DNA of 64,000 nt. Origin: Candidatus Hecatella orcuttiae. GTDB lineage: Archaea; Thermoproteota; Bathyarchaeia; Hecatellales; Hecatellaceae. Location of the stretch: positions 288,001 through 352,000 of the forward strand of contig MTLY02000002.1 in the NCBI GenBank assembly GCA_002011035.2, given 5' to 3'. A program made the translations under genes and the position numbers. This document shows, piece by piece, positions 47,138-55,073 of the stretch (position 1 is the first letter of the stretch; every line of letters starts with the position of its first letter). The notes under the pieces were generated by a model. It did not search any database. It saw only the letters and a list, made by a program, of their open reading frames with translations, and had not been told where the DNA came from.

Positions 47138-47733
47138 GTTGTTCCTCCTCTTCTGGAAACATTCCGCCTTTTCCCGGCTTGAACTCCAAACCTGCCCGCT
47201 AAAGCTTTAAGGATTTTTTCAGCAGCCTGCCGAGGGGACACGGCGTCCGTTTCTACGATCACCTCAGGCTTGTGGGGTTCCTCGTAGGGAGCACCCATGC
47301 CGGGAATGGTTCCGCTCAGATTTTTGAAGGCTTTTTCGTAGATTTTTTTAGGGGCTCCGAAGGTTTTCCCTCGGCTTTCCTCCCTCCGGATGCAGGTGGG
47401 TAGAGGACATTTCAAATAGACTTCCATGAACTTCTTAATTTCCCTGCGAGCCTTATCCCTGTAGCTTCTTCTGTTTCCCGTGGCGTCGATGATTATGTTT
47501 GTTCCCCCCTCCGTCAGCTGCTTAGCCATGAAGACTAGGACATTGTAGACCATCTTCCGCTCTTTCTCCGTGTAGGTTGGTTTGGGGGTTAAGATTTTCC
47601 GAAGCCTATCAGAGGATAGGATTTGAACAGGAACCTTCTTTTCGCGTAGTTTACGCGCCACTAGTCGGGCTAGAGTGGACTTTCCCGACCCCGGTAAACC
47701 TGTGAGCCAAACAGCCCAGCCTTTCATTTTCAA
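47134..47733 (-). CDS. Adenylyl-sulfate kinase-like P-loop kinase
   Basis: WLTGLPGSGKST, D.LR, DATG, PG...PYEEP..PE. Confidence 0.85.
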   Translation of the reverse strand: MKMKGWAVWLTGLPGSGKSTLARLVARKLREKKVPVQILSSDRLRKILTPKPTYTEKERKMVYNVLVFMAKQLTEGGTNIIIDATGNRRSYRDKARREIKKFMEVYLKCPLPTCIRREESRGKTFGAPKKIYEKAFKNLSGTIPGMGAPYEEPHKPEVIVETDAVSPRQAAEKILKALAGRFGVQAGKRRNVSRRGGTT

Positions 47734-47852
47734 CCATCCGTAAAGTTTGCGGATTTTTCACTCAGCCTAAATCACAATTATTAAATGGCTTAAAGGGTTA
47801 AATCTTTAATTGTAAGAAGTTTCCTAAATCAAGATTAGAAGCTCTGGAAAGG

Positions 47853-48473
47853 ATGTTCATGATCTTCTGGCGACGTAAGGAGAAGAAAGAAACAGAGCCT
47901 CCGAAAAGCCTTTCCACAGAGGTCCCTCCAGTTTTGAAGGTTGAGAGAAGCTTCACCCCCGAAGACATCGAAAAAGCCAAAAGCGAACTCAGACTCTCCA
48001 CCGTGGAGAAAGACATTCTCGGTGAAACTGTAACCCATCTTTACGAGGCCGCGGCGGAAGGGAAGATCACTCCTGAAGAAAGAGACCGCCTCATCTCAAA
48101 GTACAAGGACCAGCTGGCCATGTTGGACTCCATCGTCGAACGCAACCAGCGGATCATCAGCCTTCACGAACTGGAAGAAACCCGCGCCGAGCTTGCTAAA
48201 ATGTTCCATGATAAATTCATGGAGGTCAACACCAAGATCGAAGAGTTCCGGAGAAAACTTGGACTGAAGACCAAGGAAACCGTAGAGCTAAAGCTAGCCC
48301 CAAAGGTTGAAAGAGAAGCCAAACCGTCTCCCCCGGAAAAGGTTTCTCCACCAACCCCCACACCCGCTCCCCCGCCGAGGAAGCGGACGAAAGCCGACGA
48401 GGAACTGGAAAAGCTGAGGGAAGACCTCCAAAAGGAACTGGAAAAACTGGAGCAGATTGAGCTGGAGGCCTGA
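47853..48473 (+). CDS. Coiled-coil hypothetical protein with Pro-rich linker and C-terminal helix
   Basis: Long charged heptads, EGKITPEE, PPTPTPAPPP, C-terminal LEKLEQIELEA. Confidence 0.8.
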   Translation: MFMIFWRRKEKKETEPPKSLSTEVPPVLKVERSFTPEDIEKAKSELRLSTVEKDILGETVTHLYEAAAEGKITPEERDRLISKYKDQLAMLDSIVERNQRIISLHELEETRAELAKMFHDKFMEVNTKIEEFRRKLGLKTKETVELKLAPKVEREAKPSPPEKVSPPTPTPAPPPRKRTKADEELEKLREDLQKELEKLEQIELEA

Positions 48474-48478
48474 CCTAG

Positions 48479-49171
48479 ATTCCCTCTTGGCGGGAGAAGG
48501 CGAAAAAGAGAGCTGCAGAAGAAGCGGTTAAACTCGTGAAAGACGGGTTTGTTGTAGGGCTGGGAAGCGGCAACACCGTCGCCCACGCCATAGCTGAACT
48601 CGGGCGGAGGGTGAGAGTTGAGGGGCTACAGGTTTCAACCGTCCCCACCTCCTACCAAGTCTTCTTCGCAGCCATCAAAGAAGGGTTGAAGGTCACTTCC
48701 CTAGACGCTCACCCCCAGCTCGACCTAGCCATCGACGGAGCTGACGAGATCGATGGAAAGCTGAACTTGGTGAAGGGAGGCGGGGCCGCGCTCGCTCGGG
48801 AGAAGATGGTAGCCTTTTCAGCGAAAAGATATGTCATCATAGCCGATGAAACCAAGCTGGTGAAAAAACTGGGCTCCACCCATCCTCTGCCCGTGGAAAT
48901 TCTACCCTTCGCCGCCTCGGTAACCTTAGAGAGGATTAAAAAACTCTGGAAGAAAGCTGAAATCCGGGAAGGCGGGGGAAAAGTGGGGCCCCTCATCACC
49001 GACAACGGAAACTTCATCGTAGACGTCCACTGCGGCCCCTTGAAAGACCCTGAGAAGGCCGATGGAATGTTGAAGGCTATCCCCGGTGTGGTGGAAACAG
49101 GACTATTTCTTAAGCTGGCGGATGTTGCCTACGTAGGCGACAGGGAAGGCCGGGTTAGAAAGTTAGCTTAG
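48479..49171 (+). CDS. rpiA: Ribose-5-phosphate isomerase A (probable ATT start)
   Basis: GLGSG, DGADE, KGGGAAL.REK, TDNGN, PGVVE.GLF; conserved first helix (AKKRAAEEAV) lies upstream of GTG 48536. Confidence 0.95.
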   Translation: MPSWREKAKKRAAEEAVKLVKDGFVVGLGSGNTVAHAIAELGRRVRVEGLQVSTVPTSYQVFFAAIKEGLKVTSLDAHPQLDLAIDGADEIDGKLNLVKGGGAALAREKMVAFSAKRYVIIADETKLVKKLGSTHPLPVEILPFAASVTLERIKKLWKKAEIREGGGKVGPLITDNGNFIVDVHCGPLKDPEKADGMLKAIPGVVETGLFLKLADVAYVGDREGRVRKLA

Positions 49172-49181
49172 GTCCTTTCAG

Positions 49182-49868
49182 CTAGGTCCATATTCCCAAG
49201 GCGGTGATGAGAAGGCCGCCCAGCAACACGGAGAGGATAACTTTGAGGTTGAATTTCTCATGGGCTTCAGGCAGCAGGTCGCTGGCTCCGATGTAGATGA
49301 AGGTGCCGGCTGCGAAGGCGAGGATATGCTCAAACACAGCTTCAGGGATCAGAAAAGAAAGCAAAGCCCCCAGAGGAGTGAACATGGCAGCCAGAAACAA
49401 GGCTATCAGTATCTTAGAGCCGCGGTATTTGGCTTTCATGATCACCGCCATGGAAAGCCCTTGGGGTAGCTCATGGGTTGCAACCGCTAGGGCTACTGTA
49501 ACTCCCAGTATGGGGCTGAGGATGGAGCCTACGGCTATTCCCGCACCGTCGACAACGTTGTCCAAGGTTAAACCGCTCACCGGAAGCCATCCCACGTGGT
49601 GAAATTTGTAGGGGCATTCCCTCTCTTGGCAGGCGTGGATGATGGTTAACTTTTCAAAGAAGTAAAGGAAGAAAAAGCCCAGCCCAGCCGCCCAAAGGCT
49701 TCCTTTCACCTCGGGGAGCATGACCAAGAGGGCTGTGGAGATCAGAACCCCCGCGGAGAACCCCGCTAGGTATCGGAGGTCCACGTTCTTCAGCCCAGTG
49801 TAAAGGGCCAAAGCCCCTCCTAGGATGGTGGCTGCGCCGGCGATGAGGGCTAAAATAAGAAATATCAA
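49182..49868 (-). CDS. ZIP family metal transporter
   Basis: FSAGV, DN..DG, HELPQG, AAGTFIYI..DLLPE.H. Confidence 0.9.
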   Translation of the reverse strand: MIFLILALIAGAATILGGALALYTGLKNVDLRYLAGFSAGVLISTALLVMLPEVKGSLWAAGLGFFFLYFFEKLTIIHACQERECPYKFHHVGWLPVSGLTLDNVVDGAGIAVGSILSPILGVTVALAVATHELPQGLSMAVIMKAKYRGSKILIALFLAAMFTPLGALLSFLIPEAVFEHILAFAAGTFIYIGASDLLPEAHEKFNLKVILSVLLGGLLITALGIWT

Positions 49869-49944
49869 CGGTAAGCTCGCCTATCAATAGGGCATTAGAA
49901 GAAAGTGGGTTTTTTAAGGCTTTTCGAAGAGGCTCCCTTTTGCC

Positions 49945-50859
49945 TCATCCGCCTTTGAGGTAGCGGTAGGCGTTTACCGCCGCGGTTATGCCTTCCCCCA
50001 CGGCAACGCCTACCTGGCGTACGTTCCCCGTCACGTCTCCCGCGGCATATACAGCTTTGAGGCTGGTTTCCTGCTTCCGGTTGACGAGGATGAACCCTTC
50101 ACCGTCAACCCGAACTCCTGCTTTCTCCGCCAACTTGCTTTGGGGAGCTTCGCCCACGTAAATGAATACGCCGTCCACGGGAAGAGCTGCCTCTTCCCCT
50201 GTTAGGCTGTTGGCCAGTTGAACACGGGCTACATGCCCGTTTCCTTCTATTGATTTGACTAAAGTGTCCCAAAGAATCTCTACGCCGCTTTCCTCCAACC
50301 TCTCTCGGAGGACAGCGTCCGCCCTAAGCTGGCTTCTTCGGTGCACGAGGTAAACTTTTTTCGCTAAATCCTTAAGGTGAAGCGCCCCGGACACAGCGGA
50401 GTTTCCTCCGCCCACCACCATGACAGTTTTATCCTTGAAGAAGGGGCCGTCGCAGGTGGCACAGTAGCTGACGCCTTTGCCTTTGAATTTTTCTTCACCG
50501 GGGACTCCCAGTTTTTTGGGAGCGCATCCAGTGGCGATGATCACCGCCCGGCAGGAGTAAAGGTTCCTGTCGGTTTTCACCTTCTTCTCCTCCCCGTGGA
50601 GGACCAGTTCCAAGACTGTTTCCGGGGCGTGGATTTTCGCCCCATACTTTGCAGCTTGCCTATGCAGCCTGTCCATGAGTTCGAGGCCGGTCACGGGTTC
50701 GACGCCGGGATAGTTTTCTATCAAAGCGGCTTCCGTAGCCAGTCCGCCTAGTATTTCCCCTACGACAAGCGTGTTCAACCCCATTCTCGCCCCGTAGAGT
50801 CCAGCTGCCAAGCCGGCGGGGCCTGCTCCGACGATGATGAGCTCGAAGTTTTCGGCCAA
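49945..50859 (-). CDS. trxB: Thioredoxin-disulfide reductase (second paralog)
   Basis: GAGPAG, IENYPG, SYCATCDG, GGGNSA, AAGD. Confidence 0.95.
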   Translation of the reverse strand: MAENFELIIVGAGPAGLAAGLYGARMGLNTLVVGEILGGLATEAALIENYPGVEPVTGLELMDRLHRQAAKYGAKIHAPETVLELVLHGEEKKVKTDRNLYSCRAVIIATGCAPKKLGVPGEEKFKGKGVSYCATCDGPFFKDKTVMVVGGGNSAVSGALHLKDLAKKVYLVHRRSQLRADAVLRERLEESGVEILWDTLVKSIEGNGHVARVQLANSLTGEEAALPVDGVFIYVGEAPQSKLAEKAGVRVDGEGFILVNRKQETSLKAVYAAGDVTGNVRQVGVAVGEGITAAVNAYRYLKGG

Positions 50860-51019
50860 AATTTCCCCCTCAGCCTCGAAAGGCTTCCGCCATGATTTTC
50901 ATCTGATGTAAAGGCTTATAAAATATGATAGAATGAAGGTAATGTCGGAAAGTCTAAGTTCAGGTATGCACGCAGCCGAGGTCAGTCTTGAGAAAAGCTC
51001 TGCTGGTGAATGGTTAATT

Positions 51020-51736
51020 TTGGCTATAATCCGCTACAGCATCTTCGGAAGCCCTAACATCGGCATCTATTCTCTGGCCACCGACAAGTTCGTCATGCTT
51101 CCCGCCGGAGTTTCGGCCAGAAAAATTGAGAGGGCTGAAAAGGTTCTAAAGGTTAAGGCTGTAAGCCTGGATTTAGGCTACTCTAAACTGATAGGAATCC
51201 TCGCAGCCGCCAATTCCCACGGCATAATCCTACCTCACTACATTTCCGACGAGGAAGTCAGCTTCATCCGGAAACAGTTGGACGTGAGGGTCGACAGGCT
51301 TAACAGCAAGCATACATCCCTGGGAAACCTGATCCTAGCTAACGACCGCGGCGCGGTGGTAGCGCCTCTCTTCAGCCGAAGGGAGGTGAGGAGAATCGAA
51401 GAAACCTTAGCCGTTGACGCTGCCTCCAGCCCGCTGGTAGGTCTGCCTCTTCCCGGCTCCTTGGCCGTCGCAACCAACCAAGGGGCTCTCGTTCACCCTG
51501 AAGCCTCGGAGGAGGAGAAGAAATTGCTGTCAGAAGTCCTGAAGGTTCCGGTAAGCGTGGGAACCATCAACGGAGGTGTAACCTTCCTGAGCAGCGGCAT
51601 CCTTATCAACAGCCATGGGGCGCTGGTGGGTGCTTTCACCACAGGCCCTGAACTCATGGGCATTTCAGCTATCCTCCCCTCCAAAGCTCGAAGTCGAACT
51701 CGGGATTCCTCTAAGCCCTTGAATAGGAAGAGTTAA
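51020..51736 (+). CDS. eif6: Translation initiation factor aIF6 (start probably TTG 51020)
   Basis: GSPNIG, GNLILAND.GA, TN.GALVHP, GTIN.G, TTGPEL. Confidence 0.93.
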   Translation: MAIIRYSIFGSPNIGIYSLATDKFVMLPAGVSARKIERAEKVLKVKAVSLDLGYSKLIGILAAANSHGIILPHYISDEEVSFIRKQLDVRVDRLNSKHTSLGNLILANDRGAVVAPLFSRREVRRIEETLAVDAASSPLVGLPLPGSLAVATNQGALVHPEASEEEKKLLSEVLKVPVSVGTINGGVTFLSSGILINSHGALVGAFTTGPELMGISAILPSKARSRTRDSSKPLNRKS

Positions 51737-51775
51737 GAATTTTCCTTCTTATCGTATCTTGGGATTCGAAGGGAA

Positions 51776-52231
51776 GTGTCTGAAAGGAAACCTACCCAAG
51801 TAGGCTGGATTCCGATGGGGCGGGGAATAGGAAGCGAAAGGGAGCTTGTCCGTAAACTCGACGGCCTCGGGTTCGCCGTCCTCCGAGCTCCTGCTTCCGG
51901 CTCCCGAACGAAGCTGGACCGCCCTGACATCCTAGCCGGCCGGAAGGGTTTCTGCCTTGCCTTGGAAGTGAAGACCACAGCGAAAAGTATCCTATACGTT
52001 GAGAAGGCGTCTGTAGCCCAGTTGCTCCGGTTCTCCGAGAGATTCGGCGCCAAGGCCATGCTTGCTGTGAAGTTTAAACATAAAGGGAAGGGGTGGCTTC
52101 TCCTCGAACCCGGGAAACTCCCCTCCACCAGGAAAGGCTACAGAATAGCCTTCAAAGAAGCCTTAAAAACGGGTAAAAGCTTGGAATCCCTTGTCGCCCA
52201 CAAGCTTGAAACCTACCTTCAGCCTTCTTGA
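51776..52231 (+). CDS. hjc: Holliday junction resolvase Hjc (start may be ATG 51815)
   Basis: G...ERELV..L...GFAVLRAPASG, PDI.A, EVK. Confidence 0.95.
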   Translation: MSERKPTQVGWIPMGRGIGSERELVRKLDGLGFAVLRAPASGSRTKLDRPDILAGRKGFCLALEVKTTAKSILYVEKASVAQLLRFSERFGAKAMLAVKFKHKGKGWLLLEPGKLPSTRKGYRIAFKEALKTGKSLESLVAHKLETYLQPS

Positions 52232-52257
52232 AAAACCCAAACAGGTGAAGAGAAAAC

Positions 52258-53343
52258 TTGGAGTTCGTGGAAATCGACGGCAGCATGCTGGAGGGAGGCG
52301 GGCAAATCCTCCGGGTTTCCGCAGCCCTCTCCGCCCTCACAGGTCGGGCTGCCCGAATTTTCAACATCAGGGCTAAGCGGAACCCTCCGGGCCTTCGCCT
52401 TCAGCATATCGCAGCCCTAAAGTCTGTGGCTTCCGTGGCGGAAGCTGAGGTGGAAGGCCTAAACCTCGGCTCCTCGGAGGTCAGGTTCAACCCCAAAACC
52501 TTGAGGGGAGGGGAGTTCCTCTTCCAGATCGGAAGCGCTGGAAGCACCATGCTCATCCTCCAAGCGTTGGCTCCGGTGGCAGCCTACGCTCCGAAGACCA
52601 TGTTCGCCGAGATCCACGGGGGAACCAACAACAAGTGGGCGCCTCCCGTCGAATACGTGCAGCAGGTTCTTTTCCCAACCTTGGAAAAGATAGGCTTCCG
52701 GGGCAGTGTTGCGCTGGTGAGAAGAGGCTTCTACCCACGAGGAGGCGGCGTGGTCAGGGCTAGGCTGAATCCGGCTCGAAGGCTGACGGCCGTTGACTTC
52801 ACAGATTTCTCCAAGGTTTCCCAGATTCGGGGACTGGCCTACGTCTGCCGCCTCCCCGGCCACATCGCCTCTAGGATGGCTAAAACCGCCTTGGAAATGC
52901 TTAGGGACGCCGGGTATGCCGACGTGGACATTCAGGTGGAGGTTCTTCAGGATGGGGATGGCGCCTGCGCGGTGAGCCCCGGCTGCGGCCTGTTTTTGGT
53001 GGCGGAGCTTCAAAACGGCTTGAAGATAGCTGCGGACAGTTTGGGGGAGAGGGGGAAACCTTCGGAGAAAGTGGGCGCTGAGGCTGCTGAAGCCCTTCTA
53101 AGCCAGCTGGGAACCAAGGCGCCTGTGGACACGCATCTAGCAGACCAGCTTATCGTCTGGTTGAGTCTAGCTCAAGGTGTTTCAAGGCTTAAAGTCTGCA
53201 AGCTCACTCTTCACGCGTTGACCTCCATGGAAGTCTGCAAGCTTTTCGTAGGGGCGGGCTTCAAGGTGGAGGGAAAGCTGGGGGAAACCGCCAACATAAC
53301 CTGCGAAGGAGTAGGCTGGAAGAACAGGTTTCTCGAACCCTAA
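52258..53343 (+). CDS. rtcA: RNA 3'-terminal phosphate cyclase
   Basis: EGGGQILR, PGL..QH, GGT, RGFYPRGGG, VD.HLADQ. Confidence 0.95.
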   Translation: MEFVEIDGSMLEGGGQILRVSAALSALTGRAARIFNIRAKRNPPGLRLQHIAALKSVASVAEAEVEGLNLGSSEVRFNPKTLRGGEFLFQIGSAGSTMLILQALAPVAAYAPKTMFAEIHGGTNNKWAPPVEYVQQVLFPTLEKIGFRGSVALVRRGFYPRGGGVVRARLNPARRLTAVDFTDFSKVSQIRGLAYVCRLPGHIASRMAKTALEMLRDAGYADVDIQVEVLQDGDGACAVSPGCGLFLVAELQNGLKIAADSLGERGKPSEKVGAEAAEALLSQLGTKAPVDTHLADQLIVWLSLAQGVSRLKVCKLTLHALTSMEVCKLFVGAGFKVEGKLGETANITCEGVGWKNRFLEP

Positions 53344-53359
53344 GGAGCCGTTTGGAGCT

Positions 53360-53947
53360 GTGATGCGCATTTACAGCCTCCGAAAAGAAGGCGCATGGTT
53401 CTGCGTAGGCATGGAGGAGGACGACTCTGTTTCCTTCTCCAGTTTCTCCCCCAAAAGTTTAAACCACGCCCTCCAAGCTTACGGGGGCTTCCCGGGCGAA
53501 GGCTGGAAGGTGGAAGAGAAACCTTCTCCGGAGGCGAAGGAAATCTTGGAAGCCCTAGCCGAAGCCTACATGGGGAGGGAGACCAACGTGAAGCCTCCCC
53601 TCGCCTTGGGAAGGCTGTCCCCCTTCACGAGGAGGGTTCTGGAAGCCGTGCGGGAGGTTCCCCGAGGCTTCACCGCCACCTATCGGGGCGTAGCTGAAGC
53701 TGTGGGGGTTCCTAGGGGAGCCAGAGCCGTGGGGAACGCTGTGGCCGGAAACCCGTTCTCCCTTCTCGTTCCCTGCCACCGCATCATAAAGTCAGACCTC
53801 ACCCTAGGCCGCTACGGTTTAGGCGCCTCCGTCAAGTTGATGCTGCTGAAGCGGGAAGGCGTAAAGATTTACCTCAGCCCCTCCAGCCGAAAACTCCGGG
53901 TCGACGTGCAGCACGTCTTAAAAAAAGGAACCCGGCGGCTGGCATAG
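53360..53947 (+). CDS. ogt: Methylated-DNA--protein-cysteine methyltransferase
   Basis: RAVG.A...NP...VPCHRI. Confidence 0.92.
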   Translation: MMRIYSLRKEGAWFCVGMEEDDSVSFSSFSPKSLNHALQAYGGFPGEGWKVEEKPSPEAKEILEALAEAYMGRETNVKPPLALGRLSPFTRRVLEAVREVPRGFTATYRGVAEAVGVPRGARAVGNAVAGNPFSLLVPCHRIIKSDLTLGRYGLGASVKLMLLKREGVKIYLSPSSRKLRVDVQHVLKKGTRRLA

Positions 53948-53998
53948 GCGGGAAGTCTCGCCCAAAAAACCTATGCTCATATATGCCACTTTTTCACA
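53948..53998. repeat. Dispersed 51-bp intergenic repeat, copy 2
   Basis: Reverse complement of 6234..6284 with one mismatch. Confidence 0.9.
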
Positions 53999-54144
53999 TT
54001 CACCTCCAGCCGAGCTCTAGTCTTGACTCAGCTTAGGTCACGTTGCCTAAACCCGGTGATACGTTTGATGGGGCATTAGTTTTTTCGTTTTTCAGTGCAA
54101 AAAAGTATATATTCAACGGCAGCGAGGTTTCGGAGGGTTCTTCC

Positions 54145-54258
54145 CTGAAGTGCGCTTGGTGTGGAAGCGTTCTCAGCAAAAATTCCGCCTACTATCCTAG
54201 GTCGATGAAAGAACCTGTCTGCCGAAGCTGCTACCGGAAATATGGAGAAGACTACTGA
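54145..54258 (+). CDS. 37-aa C4 zinc-finger microprotein, probable CTG start
   Basis: (M)KCAWCG...PVCRSCYRKYGEDY; TATA about 54105, SD GGAGG before CTG; 3' part of ORF 54043..54258. Confidence 0.6.
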   Translation: MKCAWCGSVLSKNSAYYPRSMKEPVCRSCYRKYGEDY

Positions 54259-54384
54259 GCTTCGGTGATGCTGCGGGAAGGCGGGGACGATAGCTATCAG
54301 TTTCGTTGGAAAGAATTATGGCACTTATTTATGAGTAATAACTTATTAATAGTACTCCAGATATAAGCCTTCTCGGCTGGAACT

Positions 54385-55017
54385 ATGATGCGCAAGCCGA
54401 ATATCGTAGGCATTGCAGGCGCAGCTGTGCTGGCAGCCTTATCTGTGACCTTACAGCTTCTACCTCCCCTTTTCCTAACCCCTTGGTTCATGAGAATAGA
54501 CTTCGTGGCGGTGCCTTGGATTTTGGCCTGGATCTTCTTCGGATTTAGGCCGGCGGCCCTCAGCCTCCTCATAAGCGTCCCCTTGGTGGGGCTTCTCGGC
54601 CCCTTCGCTGGAGGCTGGGTGGGAGCCATCATGAAATCCGCAGCCAGCGTGTGGATGATCGCCGTGCCAGCCGGCTTCGCCTGCAAGTTCGGAGTTAACC
54701 GTCTGCTTCACAGCAAATGGCTTTACGCTTTGGTGGGCCTTGTGGCTGTAGCCGTACGGGATTTGGCCACCATCCTTTTCAACCTGTATTTCGCCATTCC
54801 CGTCTTCTTCGGGATGACCGTCCGCCAGGTGGTGGAGTTTTTCTCCAACCCTGTTTTCCAGAGCTTTGTAGGCCTCTCCCTAGGGGCGGCTGGGATAACG
54901 GCTGTAGCCGTGGAGATAGCCTTCTGGAACTCCGTTCAAGGCTTCATCGACCTCTATGTGGCCTTAGCCTTAGGTTTAGCCGTCCTCCGCAGGCTGAAGA
55001 TAAGGCCGGCCTCTTGA
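54385..55017 (+). CDS. ECF transporter S component
   Basis: Hydrophobic multi-TM protein; F..IDF..VP motif, N.Y...P. Confidence 0.8.
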   Translation: MMRKPNIVGIAGAAVLAALSVTLQLLPPLFLTPWFMRIDFVAVPWILAWIFFGFRPAALSLLISVPLVGLLGPFAGGWVGAIMKSAASVWMIAVPAGFACKFGVNRLLHSKWLYALVGLVAVAVRDLATILFNLYFAIPVFFGMTVRQVVEFFSNPVFQSFVGLSLGAAGITAVAVEIAFWNSVQGFIDLYVALALGLAVLRRLKIRPAS

Positions 55018-55073
55018 GCGCCAATCCGCCTCGGTTTTCGCTGAGTATTTTTGGCTAACCTGAGCCTCCGAGC

